63,028 nucleotides of DNA, filler included, from Octopus bimaculoides (GCF_001194135.2; 5 parts of 5 records of this genome joined end to end with filler, not necessarily neighbours in it), one strand, 5' to 3'. Numbered from the whole stretch's first letter, positions 13,763 through 27,199 are shown. Translations and numbers: made by a program. Notes: a model not told the origin generated them from the letters alone.

Positions 13763-14055
13763 GGCGCAGGCGTAGATATGTCGTAAGAAGTTCGTTTCCC
13801 AACCACATGGTTCAGGGTTCAGTCACACTGCGGGGAAACTTGGGTAAGTATCTTCTACGATAACCTCAGGTCGACCAAAACCTTGTGAGTGGATTTGGTA
13901 GACGGAAACTGAAAGAAGTCAGTCGTGTGTATGTGTGCCAGTGTGTGTGCGTGTGTGTACATGTGTGTATGTATATCTTCGTGTCTGTTTGTGTTACCTA
14001 CAATCGCTTGACAACCAGTGTTGGTGTATTTCCGTCCACGTAACTTAGCGCTTCA
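13763..14055 (+). mobile_element. tRNA-type SINE family A
   Basis: tRNA-like head 'ccaaccacatggttcagggttcagtc' and core 'ccttgtgagtggatttggtagacggaaactgaaagaag' shared with the copies at 43147, 51236, 55450 and 60636. Confidence 0.85.
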
Positions 14056-14342
14056 TATAAGTGTACGTTGAGTGTGTGTATGTGTGTGTTTTTCTCTGTG
14101 TGTATGTGTGTGCGCGTGTGTGTGCGCGTGTGTGTGCGCGTGTGTGTGCGAGTGTGTTGCGCGTGTGTTATTATATAAGAGATAAACAATAAATGATGTG
14201 TATATTTAGATTGACCGACAAGCAGACACATTCACAGGCAAGCACAGACAGACAAAAATATAGCTAGCTAGGTAGCTAGACAGACAGACAGACAGACAGT
14301 CAGACAGACAGACAGCCAGACAGACATACAGACAGACAGATT

Positions 14343-14373
<31 letters not shown>

Positions 14374-15020
14374 GGGTCAGTGGTAAGAAGCTTGCTTCCA
14401 AACCACGCGAGCAAGGACAAATATATTCGTAACTAAATTTCTTAATCATGCTTTCACCTATATATGCATATGCGTCTATCTGCTGGTATTTATATCCGTA
14501 TATGCGTTTTATCATTTATCCTTTCTTGGTTGCAGCCAGAAGCTGAAGCCATGCTGGAGCACCATCTTATGAATGTAGGTTATATATATATGTGCGTGCT
14601 AGCGTACGTGTGTTTCTTTCTATGTATGTATGTATGTATATATATATATGTATGTATGTATGTCTGCATGCATGCATGTATGTATGTATTTCTGTATGTA
14701 TATATGTGCATATGAGTGTGTCTGTCTGGAGGTACAATCCAGGTTTTGATTTTTCCTCTAATATAATAAATACCTGGTATAACGGAACCCTAACACAGAT
14801 CCCTAGATCCAGCCTTAGCTTCGATCTTGGAGCCTAACGGTCGACCAGCTGTAGCACTTACCCAGTGTACCTATTCGTTTAGATCACTGTGAACGAAACC
14901 CCCTCATACTCTCTATATATATATATATACACATATACAGACACACGCGCACACACGCCCACACACATACCCACAGTCACACACAAACACACACACATAT
15001 ATATATCTATATATATATAT

Positions 15021-15125
15021 ATAGCGTAGCTCGAAACGTCAAAGACTTTCCGTATTCCCGAGCGTCATACTAATATATACTTTTGTTATTTACACCACCT
15101 GTCCTCGTCTGTTGTTATTTTTTGT
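15021..15125 (+). mobile_element. Short dispersed repeat, possibly derived from a Penelope pseudo-LTR
   Basis: Reverse complement of 55722-55830; contains 'gcgtagctcgaaacgtcaaagac'. Confidence 0.55.
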
Positions 15126-15555
15126 ATATTCTCCCATATATATATATATATGTTAGCGCAGATGTTNNNNNNNNNNNNNNNNNNNNNNNNNNNNNNNNNN
15201 NNNNNNNNNNNNNNNNNNNNNNNNNNNNNNNNNNNNNNNNNNNNNNNNNNNNNNNNNNNNNNNNNNNNNNNNNNNNNNNNNNNNNNNNNNNNNNNNNNNN
15301 NNNNNNNNNNNNNNNNNNNNNNNNNNNNNNNNNNNNNNNNNNNNNNNNNNNNNNNNNNNNNNNNNNNNNNNNNNNNNNNNNNNNNNNNNNNNNNNNNNNN
15401 NNNNNNNNNNNNNNNNNNNNNNNNNNNNNNNNNNNNNNNNNNNNNNNNNNNNNNNNNNNNNNNNNNNNNNNNNNNNNNNNNNNNNNNNNNNNNNNNNNNN
15501 NNNNNNATATTAGCACGTATATGTATGAATGTAATTGAAGCTATATAAGTCTGTA

Positions 15556-15609
<54 letters not shown>

Positions 15610-15758
15610 GAGAAATACATAATCATAACTACATTTATACAAACACAGACACAAATATATATATATATTCATATATATATATATATGTTAGCGCAGATGT
15701 TAGTGTTTCTGTATGTGTATGTGTGTGCGTATCTGTGTGTGTCAGTACATATTAAATA

Positions 15759-15794
<36 letters not shown>

Positions 15795-16412
15795 TGTATG
15801 TATGTATGTGTGTATGTATCTATGTATGTATGTATGTGTGAATGTATGAGATAATTTACTCAGCAGTTTTCAGATTTTTATCAAAGACTGTTAATGTTCT
15901 GTGAAATTACTGCATTACTATGTTCTAACATGTTTTACTGAATTAATTTACTTCATAATTTCATCAGATATGTTAGGGGGTGGCATAACCCCTATGCTAC
16001 CTTATACATACACACATGCAAATAAGTACACACACAAACACATATATGTGCATGTATATATGTATGCATATATGTGTGTGCGTATGTGTGTTTATATACA
16101 CGGAGATATCAGACCGTTAGATAGTGAAAGTCGATAGAATATCTTCAATAAAGAAATTCAAAGAATAAATTGGATTTACTCAATCAGTTTCAATGCTTCG
16201 ATTAGATTTTGTTAAGAGAAAGGATTTAATTTATCTGCCTACGCAAGCGGGCATGCACAAACACACAGGTGTATATATACGCATGTATATGCATATATAT
16301 TATATGCATGTATAGACAGAAAGACATGGAAAGAGAGAGAAGAATAGCGAAAAATTTTCACCTATCTACGTCTTTATCATTTTATCTATTTATCTCTCCC
16401 TCTCTTTATATA

Positions 16413-16465
<53 letters not shown>

Positions 16466-17463
16466 NNNNNNNNNNNNNNNNNNNNNNNNNNNNNNNNNNN
16501 NNNNNNNNNNNNNNNNNNNNNNNNNNNNNNNNNNNNNNNNNNNNNNNNNNNNNNNNNNNNNNNNNNNNNNNNNNNNNNNNNNNNNNNNNNNNNNNNNNNN
16601 NNNNNNNNNNNNNNNNNNNNNNNNNNNNNNNNNNNNNNNNNNNNNNNNNNNNNNNNNNNNNNNNNNNNNNNNNNNNNNNNNNNNNNNNNNNNNNNNNNNN
16701 NNNNNNNNNNNNNNNNNNNNNNNNNNNNNNNNNNNNNNNNNNNNNNNNNNNNNNNNNNNNNNNNNNNNNNNNNNNNNNNNNNNNNNNNNNNNNNNNNNNN
16801 NNNNNNNNNNNNNNNNNNNNNNNNNNNNNNNNNNNNNNNNNNNNNNNNNNNNNNNNNNNNNNNNNNNNNNNNNNNNNNNNNNNNNNNNNNNNNNNNNNNN
16901 NNNNNNNNNNNNNNNNNNNNNNNNNNNNNNNNNNNNNNNNNNNNNNNNNNNNNNNNNNNNNNNNNNNNNNNNNNNNNNNNNNNNNNNNNNNNNNNNNNNN
17001 NNNNNNNNNNNNNNNNNNNNNNNNNNNNNNNNNNNNNNNNNNNNNNNNNNNNNNNNNNNNNNNNNNNNNNNNNNNNNNNNNNNNNNNNNNNNNNNNNNNN
17101 NNNNNNNNNNNNNNNNNNNNNNNNNNNNNNNNNNNNNNNNNNNNNNNNNNNNNNNNNNNNNNNNNNNNNNNNNNNNNNNNNNNNNNNNNNNNNNNNNNNN
17201 NNNNNNNNNNNNNNNNNNNNNNNNNNNNNNNNNNNNNNNNNNNNNNNNNNNNNNNNNNNNNNNNNNNNNNNNNNNNNNNNNNNNNNNNNNNNNNNNNNNN
17301 NNNNNNNNNNNNNNNNNNNNNNNNNNNNNNNNNNNNNNNNNNNNNNNNNNNNNNNNNNNNNNNNNNNNNNNNNNNNNNNNNNNNNNNNNNNNNNNNNNNN
17401 NNNNNNNNNNNNNNNNNNNNNNNNNNNNNNNNNNNNNNNNNNNNNNNNNNNNNNNNNNNNNNN

Positions 17464-17501
<38 letters not shown>

Positions 17502-18258
17502 GGTGCGAGTGCGTGTATGTATATGTGTGTGTGTGTATAGGCATATTCATACGGTTAAGAAGTTTGATTTACAACGGCATTCCATCGGTTTCAGTTACCG
17601 TGTGTGTCACCTTGCAGAGAAAGATCAGTTGTAGCTTCGACCTACCAGTACATACATATATGTATACGTGCTTGTGTATTTGTTTGTGTGTGTGGGTGTC
17701 TGTGCGTGTGTGTGTGTGTGTGTCTGTGTGTGTGTGCGTGTGTGTGTCTGTGGATGTGATTTTCAATAAGTTTGCCCACACTTTTGCCACCGTTTGAAGA
17801 AAAGCGTTGTCTCTGAGAATGCTACATCTTTAACCGTCTGATAAAGAAAGATCACAAATTAAGTACTACACACAAACAGGAAGTACCTAAAGTAGTTCAA
17901 AATGTCGGTATCAGTCTTTTGTTAAATGGCATCGGTTATTCGAATTGCACATTTCTGTGGACAAACTCTTGCTTTATAGTCTGTTTGGGGGTGGGGGTTC
18001 TTGTTATTCGTTGAAGGTAAATGATGCGTTCTAAGCAAAAGAAACGAGTTGTCATTGAGTACTTGACGCAGAAGGGTGCAGGTTATCCGACATCTGCAAA
18101 AAGCTACAGGATTTTTTCAGAGATAACGCACAGGTGTATGAAGAATTTTGAAGATGTGGAAATCAGTATTGAAGGCAAATTATTAAATGGAGTCTACCAA
18201 CCACCAACTGCAACCACTTACACGGATCTCCATTCTTTTTGTTTTTTTCTGTCAACAG

Positions 18259-18297
18259 TACTGGCTGGCCTACATGAACAGTGGACACCTCGAGTAA
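18259..18297 (+). CDS. Candidate short terminal exon (YWLAYMNSGHLE*), gene unknown
   Basis: Very strong polypyrimidine tract and acceptor 'ttctttttgtttttttctgtcaacAG', followed by CpG-containing unique sequence. No homology recognised. Confidence 0.2.
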   Translation, partial: YWLAYMNSGHLE

Positions 18298-19059
18298 CGT
18301 TGCGACGTGTCAGCAGGCACAGGCTTTCGACTTCGAACCCCACGTCACTGATGTGAAAGACGACGGGTATTTTACAGTAACCCTGTACAGTCCAAATCTT
18401 CTAAAGCACGGTCTGAGACCACACCACTCCCGCAGAAACTTGCTTACAATTGTAACTTTTACTTTATTTTTTCTACTTTTAACGGTATTTAATAAATTTG
18501 GAGGATCATAAGAGTCTCACCTAAAAGGTCACGTTGATAATATCACATATGTTTTTCTATGGCATCACTATATTTGTCAATGACATTTTACCTGATATCT
18601 CTTGGCATTATTTTGGAATATCGTATAGATATGACCAAGGCTTTTATTTGCTTCCCTCTAATTGTTACATTCAAAGCAATATTTCTTAAACTATATTCGA
18701 GTTTTATTGTGTTTATATTTTATTTTATTTTATTTTATCGGTGAGTGGGTTTAGAGAGCAGTCGACATGGCCGTAAGAACTCATCCAACCAACTAAAACG
18801 AGTTTGTTTCTCTCCTTATTTCACTGTGACGGTCTTCTGATCTTTATTCCTTTCACGCATCTCCTTGCACTTCTCAATATAAGCATGAAAAAATGATAAA
18901 CCTTCTTCTGATTCCTATTTCCAGTAACTTCTAGATACTTTGAAACGCTTGAATAGTAAACCACGTGAGTATTCATCAAAAAGTATGGGAGGAGAGACCT
19001 TTCATGTGTCAGGAATGCGAAAAACAAATGATTTCTGCATCACCGAATGCGAAACTGGT

Positions 19060-19395
19060 TCATGTAAAACTGGCACCCTATCGTTTACGACGACGAGTGT
19101 TCCAGTTGATCCGATCAACGGAACAGCCTCCTCATGAAATTAACGTGCAACTGGCTGAGCACTCCACAAAAACGCATACCCTTAACGTAGTCCACAGTAA
19201 GATTCAGCGTGACACGAGGCGTGATAAGGTTGACTATTTGAAATGCAGCTACTACTCATTTTCGCTAGCCGAATAGGATGGAGCAACATGAAATAAAGTG
19301 TCTTGCTCAAGGACACAACACGTGGCCAGGAATAGAATTCCCGACCTTAAGATCACGAGCCGAACACCTCTAAGCACTGAGCCACGTGCTTGCAC
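19060..19395 (-). mobile_element. SINE family C
   Basis: Collinear with 3885-4212; accounts for the ORFs at 18940 and 18965. Confidence 0.8.
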
Positions 19396-19928
19396 ACTGA
19401 TTCATATACATTTGTCAGGTCAAGTTAAACAATGAAGACATGTTTTCCTCCATCTGCACTAAGATGTAAATAAGATTTATTGAATGCTATGAGCTTTGAC
19501 GTTTTTCGGGTCGCTCATTAAGCACCTTAGCCGTTTCATTGACGCATTTTCAAAACTAAAATCTAGTAACATAGTAATGAGATATCAACTGTCAACACCT
19601 TGTCACCGGAAAACATTTACTCTGTCCTTCAAATACACACAAACGTAATAAATACTTCACGAAAACTTAATGTAAGCCATTTATAGGCTACTTGAGGATT
19701 GATAAATACAGCATGACTAGACGATGCAGTTGGAAAAAAGCCAAAAATATTAATCGTACGCATACCAACGGTTAACAATGCAAAAGCGATTTATAAGGGA
19801 CTCCAACAAACTAGAAATCAAAAATGGAGCTGTGAATGTGGTCGTTTATATTGCCATAGTACATAGGTGGGTAAGAAAGACAACGATGAAGGACCAATTA
19901 TTCACACATACATGCACACCTATGCACA

Positions 19929-20036
<108 letters not shown>

Positions 20037-20097
20037 CTGTATATATATATATATATATTTAAAAAATTAGAAATATTGCATTTCTCTAATCTCTCAG

Positions 20098-20210
20098 ATG
20101 TCCTGAGATTGCACTGTCTTCAGATTGACAGCCAAACACTCAGAAATGTTGGTATTGGAGCTTCTGGCGCGAATGCTAAGCAGTACAACATGTCGTATCC
20201 AAATTTCTGA
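20098..20210 (+). CDS. Candidate terminal coding exon ((D)VLRLHCLQIDSQTLRNVGIGASGANAKQYNMSYPNF*), gene unknown
   Basis: Branch-point-like ctaat and acceptor 'tttctctaatctctcAG'. Only the phase-1 frame stays open (37 codons to TGA), and its composition is protein-like. No family recognised. Confidence 0.3.
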
Positions 20211-20338
20211 CAGAGTTAATTCTCACAGACGGTGTCCAACTGACCTTACTATACTGTGTAGACGACAAAATCAAAACCAAACAGTGCGCATGAAATATAA
20301 AGCCAAACAATATAAAATGGCGACAATTTACCCATCGC

Positions 20339-20388
<50 letters not shown>

Positions 20389-20403
20389 ATATATATATTA
20401 AAT

Positions 20404-20503
20404 NNNNNNNNNNNNNNNNNNNNNNNNNNNNNNNNNNNNNNNNNNNNTTAATTAATTAANNNNNNNNNNNNNNNNNNNNNNNNNNNNNNNNNNNNNNNNN
20501 NNN
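20404..20503. other. Synthetic scaffold join: 44 N + TTAATTAATTAA + 44 N
   Basis: The same 100-bp structure occurs four times, and the 12-mer has stops in all six frames. Confidence 0.9.
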
Positions 20504-20755
20504 TATATATATATATATAAATAAATTATATATCTATGTATATATATATAAATTATATATCTATCTATGTATATAAATTATATATCTATCTATCTATATA
20601 AATTATATATCTATCTATCTATATAAATTATATATCTATCTATCTATATAAATTATCTATCTATCTATCTATATAAATTATCTATCTATCTATCTATATA
20701 AATTATCTATCTATCTATCTATATAAATTATCTATCTATCTATCTATATATATAT
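20504..20755. repeat. AT-rich minisatellite, ~22-24 bp unit (tataaattat(at)ctatctatc), about 10 copies
   Basis: Visible tandem repetition. Confidence 0.9.
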
Positions 20756-21686
20756 AATTTATATATTGCTCGAAATACGAGACAAGAAAAACAGCCCACA
20801 ACTGATGAAGGGTCGTTTTTTTATGTTGTTTGTTGTGTTTTCCTGTTGTGTCTTTCGTTATTCGAAAGAATAATTCATGTTCCAATGTACTCGTGCTTCG
20901 TAGTTTTTTGTTGTACACGTTTCGTGACGTTTTGTGACCACATATGTATATATAATGTACTACAGCATGATGAACATATGACAATTTTTATGGATGTGTG
21001 GTAGAATGTTGATTAAACTAACAAATGTTGAAGAAGTACGACGTAAATCGAATAAACTGGGGCATATATTGGAATTAAATGTCGCGGAGGGNNNNNNNNN
21101 NNNNNNNNNATATATATATATATATATATACACGTATAGATGTATGTACATACACGTATGTATATACGCATATATATATTATTTATATTTATATGTATAT
21201 ATAATGTACTACAGCATGATGAACATATGACAATTTTTATGGATGTGTGGTAGAATGTTGATTAAACTAACAAATGTTGAAGAAGTACGACGTAAATCGA
21301 ATAAACTGGGGCATATATTGGAATTAAATGTCGCGGAGGGTAGAATAAATAAATAAATAAATAAATGTTTGTTGAAACCATCGTCATATCTAGAAACATC
21401 AACAACAGACTTAATGTCACAGAAACTGGCCTGGATAGCTACCAGTTCTGGTGTGATATACAGATATAGAAATATAACAACATAATAAATATATTTAACA
21501 AATACTACAGAATATTACAATATCATCGTGAAATATTGTAATATTTGTAGGGCAAAGGGAGGCTGTTTTATCGATATGTTTGTCAAGTAACACACTATTA
21601 CACACAGCTACATCTAGAATTGTTTTTTTCTCTAATTCGGTTTATATACATATATATACACAAACACACATTTATAGACAAACACG

Positions 21687-21784
<98 letters not shown>

Positions 21785-22080
21785 TACATACATACATACA
21801 TACACAGTGGTGGAATCCCCTTCACCCTGGTAAATACCATGGTTGACACCCTCGTTAATCGTAATGATGACAAATGAGAAACATTCTGTTCGTTTAACAA
21901 CAACCTTGCATCAGACGACATTTATAATTGTGAACATGGCAAAGCACCCATCTACACATTTTCTGTTGATATTACTTTAAATGTTGCTCATGGCAGCTGT
22001 CAAGAGATCTAACTGTAAAGAGATTTGTCGGATGGTTTGTACCCAGCTTTCAGCAAAGAAGTCGATACTACATACATACA

Positions 22081-22121
<41 letters not shown>

Positions 22122-22567
22122 ATCGTATTTTTTGAAGCCAAATAATAATGCTTGCAATGAACTGTTTAATGATTTCTTGTCGAACAGGTGAGGTGTATGT
22201 TTCTTAGAAGTTCTAAGGAATTAACCTAAAAATAAAATACTGGAACATCACAAGCGAAAAATACATAATATTTTGGATATATTTGAATAAAATGGTAATA
22301 ATTATCTGCAATTGATGGAAATTGAAAATGTTTTTTTCTAAAAAAATGTCTTTAAAAACTAAAGCTAATCTTTTATATAAATCATCTGCTAGATACAGCT
22401 ACCCCCACAGTCTATGAGAGGAATTACTGTAGGGAACTTGATTAAAATTAAATCAATTTTTTTTCTGGGTGTAATTATCAAGAAATGTTGCCAGAAAACC
22501 TAAGAAAAATAAAGAACGAACTGTCAGTTGTTCTGCTTCAACGCTAAATTGTGGGGTGTGTTCATTA

Positions 22568-22798
<231 letters not shown>

Positions 22799-22806
22799 TC
22801 ACAGCC

Positions 22807-22826
22807 TGATGACATCACTTCCGGAT
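22807..22826 (-). promoter_or_regulatory. ETS-CRE-like composite motif in the VPS45 proximal promoter
   Basis: Minus strand reads CCGGAAGTGATGTCATCA: an ETS core CCGGAAGT overlapping a CRE-like TGATGTCA, ~110-130 bp upstream of the ATG. Confidence 0.55.
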
Positions 22827-24136
22827 CCAACCTCAACATTTAATTCTTCAAGCGTCAATTTACCTTACTGTTTAATCATCATGGAATTATGAATAATAAA
22901 GGATTATTTGGGAATCTTGCTAATTAATTACACATAACTGAACAGTTTTCAACGTCGACTCCTTATCTCTGCCGCTGTTGTTGCTATTGTTGTGATTGCT
23001 GATGGCGGTGGTAGTTTGTTATATATTGCATGTAACAACAAAATTTGTATTAATTAATATTTAAATACTCTTGTTTCGTGTATGAAATGCCCTTTGCCTC
23101 AATTTAAATTTATTCGAGAATGAAGAAATGAAACCTCGACTTCGTTTTCGTGTTTCCACCTCTTGTTCACACAACCGCTTTCAACCTTAATGATTTTTCT
23201 TTTTCTTTTTTTTTTTCTAACAAGTTGCTTAGATGCCAATAAGTTGATTCCCACGATCCTAAATTACACTTTCAATCTTCAATGATGTTGAAAGTCTTTT
23301 ATTTTTACCCGTTTTAAATAATATATCTGTGTCCGATCAAAGATTGCTCTAACTTTCTCAGTGTGCGAAGAAAAAAATAGAAAAGAATGACTTGATCTTT
23401 TGTTTTTTTAATTATAAGGGAAATACTCGTAACTTCTGTAGGATCTCCTAAACAATAAGCTGTTGGAAATAGACTTCTATGTTTCGTGGTATTTTGGGAA
23501 AACTTAGACAAGATGCGAATACTAAATATTAGTAGCACAAGAAATGATTAAGTAAAGTCACACAGTCAAGTGAGTGAAATAGAGCAGAGATGATGTGACG
23601 AAGAAAACAAAAAGACAACAGGTGGGCCAAGCCAGCGGTGTCATCTAGTTTGTTAATTCACTAGAGCAGAGGCGGTTACTATTTTTACTTTACTTAGTTT
23701 TTAATTACTGGAGAAAAATACAGTGCTCATATCCTTTGCAGGTTCTCTGAGATGAGTGAAATTGATGCTATTAATCTTCTGATTAAACTTATTACAATCA
23801 ACATCAACAAGAAAGATAGGAGTTCTAGCAGGCTGACTACTGGGAAGAAAGGACAGTAATTTAAGAATAAATAATTAGGGCAGGACCTGGGGTGGACACA
23901 GTACAGGTGATGAGTCAATTGAGATACCAACCAACTCCAAAGAACAAAGACCATTATAGTAAAGATAGAAAAGACAGATAAGGGAAACAGCATAGTTGAG
24001 GACCAAAGGCTGGAATATGCCCATGGGTCAGTGGGCTTTCTCTAGATACAGTGTAGAATATCTAGGTACAGCAATGGCACTGTACTGGATGTAGTTGCAT
24101 TACACCTTTGTGGGCCTCACCAGCATTTTATAGAGT

Positions 24137-24267
24137 TAGTGGCATAGCTAGAGTGTGTACTGTCCAGTGCAGGCTTCTTCACAGGGATTCACAAGCCTAT
24201 ACAGGCTTATACAGCAAGTCCAAAAGTGCTGCCTGGGGCAAACCCTGCCCACCCAGCTATGTTACTG
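24137..24267. mobile_element. hAT-type MITE
   Basis: Imperfect TIRs tagtggcatagctag / cccagctatgttactg; candidate 8-bp TSD tatagagt / tgtagagc (6 of 8 match). Confidence 0.55.
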
Positions 24268-24894
24268 TGTAGAGCAGGCATAGGTATTGAAAAGTGAGCC
24301 ACATGAGACAGGGCTCATTTTCAGGTGGGCCATACTATTAAAAACATTCAAGGTAATTTTTCATTAGGCATGCTATTTAGAAAGTCTTGCAGGCCACATA
24401 TTGTTCATGAGTGTCAGCAATTGTTTGGGGTTGAAATATTTTCTGACCCTACAAGGAAGGGCCAATCTTTGGGTTGCTGATGCTGTTGTCATTGTTGTTG
24501 TTTAGGTCTAGATCTTCCTTGGTCTTCCCCACATATCCCTTAACACATGTTCTTCATTATATTTTCTCCCTCACCCACTTCACAACTCTAACCATCTCTC
24601 ACTGTTCCCAGCACATCTTCCTCACTATACTCTGGGGCAATACCTTTTTCCATTTTGTCTGCTGGTGCCATGAGAACTGCTTCTATATTGTGAGAAGCAA
24701 GATTCTCCATTAATCCATCATGTACACTATAAACTTGTTGAAGGATTAGGCTAACTTCATCTCATTCTTCATCTTCTTCAACATTAGCCAACACATAGAT
24801 TGACATTTCCTCTGTTTGAAATGGAAAATGTCAGTGAAACTGTAATATGAACTGGGTGATATGTTGTACTTGTGAAGACCTGTTGAGCTGAATG

Positions 24895-25245
24895 AAATCA
24901 TAGTCGTGGCCAACGCCAGTGCCATCTGACTGGCACCTGTGCTGGTAGCATGTGAAATGCACTGCTTGAGCACTGAGCTTCATGGAGGCAGTGACAGGTG
25001 ACCGAGACCTTTGGTGATACACTGTGCTTGTCAAGTCAAATGAGACCGTAATCATGTAAGGTAAATGGCACATAAAAAACACCCACTACACTCTCGGAGT
25101 GGTTGGTGTTAGGAAGGGCATCCAGCCATAGAAACCTTGCCAAATCAAATCGGAACCTAATGCAGCTCCCCATCTTATCAGTTTTCAGTTAAACTGTCGA
25201 AACCATGCCAACATGGAAAATGGACGTTAAATGATGATGGTGAAA
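24895..25245 (+). mobile_element. RTE-like LINE 3' end with (GAT)n tail
   Basis: 'cacccactacactctcggagtggttggtgttaggaagggcatccagc...gacgttaaatgatgatg', the same family as 26290, 28130 and 31612. Confidence 0.8.
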
Positions 25246-25619
25246 GCTAATGATAAACATTAATCCATCAAGGTTTTTTTGTGCAAATTCCCTATCCACT
25301 TTTTACAAGCTCCTACCCACCAGCTCTCCCTGTTCTGCTGTACCTGCTCACTTCTACTCACCTTGTACCTTCTACCCTGATACCCATCACCATTACTTTA
25401 TTTCTTTCCAGCATCACCCCAGGCACTTCTGCCTTCTCTCTTTATAATGTGAGTATCCATGTAGTTCTTCTCCAGCAAGAAACAACTGCTTCTGTTCTAG
25501 CTGATTCTTCCATACTTTAATCCCTCATCTCCTGGCGTAAAGTTATTCCCCTTGAAGTTCATAGTCTTACAAACTGCATGGCTATCTCACAAGTGCTACA
25601 GTTCTATATTTAAGGGACC

Positions 25620-26215
25620 ATGTTCGGATGATGCATTTTATGTGCCACCAGCACAGGGAGCCAGTCAGGTGGCACTGGCAACGACCCACGCATGAATGGT
25701 ACTTATTGTGTGCCACCAGCACGGTAGCCAGTCAGGCAGCGCTGGGATCGGCCACAACTACAATTTCCATTTTGATTGAGATTCTGATTGTGATTTTGAT
25801 TTTGATTTTTGATTTTACTTGACTCAATAGGTCTCCTCAAGCACGGCATGTCGCCTGTCGATTCAAAGCCACTTTTTAAATGGGCTGGTTATGCGACACT
25901 GGTATAGGCTGTGGCTGTGATCTCACTTTACTTGCCAGGTCTTCTCCATCACAGCATATCTCCAGCAGTCTTGGTCTCTTCTCATTGCCTCTGTGAGGCC
26001 CAACGTTCAAAGGTCATACTTCACCACCTTATCCCATGTCTTCCTGGGTCTCCCTCTTCCACAGGTTCCTTCCACTGTTAGGGAGTGACACTTCTTCACA
26101 CAGCTCTCCTCATCTAAACGCATCACATGACCATACCAGCGCAGTCATCTCTTTTGCACACCACATATGATGCTTCTTATGTCCAACATTTCTCTCATTA
26201 CACATCCAGTGGATC
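25620..26215 (-). mobile_element. RTE-like LINE, C-terminal coding region and 3' UTR
   Basis: Minus translation gives 'LRWYGHVMRLDEESCVKKC...GRGRPRKTWDKVVKYDL', typical of an RTE C-terminus. Confidence 0.85.
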
Positions 26216-26289
26216 ATATATATATATATATATATATACACGTGTGTGTGTGTGTGTATCTATATATATAAATAAATAAATATATATAT

Positions 26290-26655
26290 CATCATCATCG
26301 TTTAACGTCCGCTTTCCATGCTAGCATGGGTTGGACGATTTGACTGAGGACTGGTGAAACCGGATGGCAACACCAGGCTCCAGTCTGATTTGGCAGAGTT
26401 TCTACAGCTGGATGCCCTTCCTAACGCCAACCACTCAGAGAGTGTAGTGGGTGCTTTTACGTGTCACCCGCACGAAAACGGCCACGCTCGAAATGGTGTC
26501 TTTTATGTGCCACCCGCACAAGCCAGTCCAGGGGCACTGGCAACGATCTCGCTCGAAAATCCTACAGGAGCCAGTCAGGCGGTACTGGCAACGGCCACGC
26601 TCAAAATGGTGCATCTCATGTGCCACCCGCACAAGAACCAGTCCAGGGGCACATA
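26290..26655 (-). mobile_element. RTE-like LINE 3' end with internal ~60-bp tandem subrepeats
   Basis: Reverse complement of 28130-28420; (GAT)n tail at 26289-26300. Confidence 0.85.
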
Positions 26656-26689
26656 GATAATGTATATGTATGTATATATATATGTATGT

Positions 26690-26722
<33 letters not shown>

Positions 26723-27199
26723 CCAAAGTTTATTATTGCAGTCAAATAATTTTAAAATATATCATCAAACTCTTCAAAGTCCAAAATTATGGAACTACAT
26801 CAAAGCACATAATTTCAAACTGGTTTGACTTCTTACAGAAGATAGATATTCATTGTAATGTATATGTATAACGGATTGATATTAGCCTTCATTTATTATG
26901 TAGGGCATTTACATTTACACACACACACACACATGCACAGTGTCACACAAGTTATACATAGACACCTAAACTTTAAATGTTTTTTCTACCCAATATTTCA
27001 CAAATTAAACGGCTTATTCGTGTTTTTAAAAAATAAACATGGAAAATGTGTCACAGCATGCATTAGAGTGTGGTGGTGGGGAACACAAATCAAAAGAGAG
27101 AAAGTGACATACTGCCAATTATCTTTATATGATAGTTGATATATTTATTAGTTGGTTGATTTCTCCCATCATGTTGTCATGCCCTGTCCCAGTTACTGC

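Noticed and set aside
18940-19276. ORFs with Cys-containing, zinc-finger-like stretches (FMCQECEK)
   Set aside because: They mostly overlap a SINE C copy and lack the His pair of a C2H2 finger.
20942-21340. Exact 150-bp direct duplication (20942-21091 and 21191-21340)
   Set aside because: It flanks an 18-N gap and a (TA)n tract and is read-length sized, so it is most likely a contig-overlap artefact.
26460-26655. Regularly recurring ~30-60 bp units that superficially resemble a CRISPR array
   Set aside because: They are degenerate subrepeats of an RTE 3' UTR with no unique spacers, in a eukaryotic context with no cas genes.
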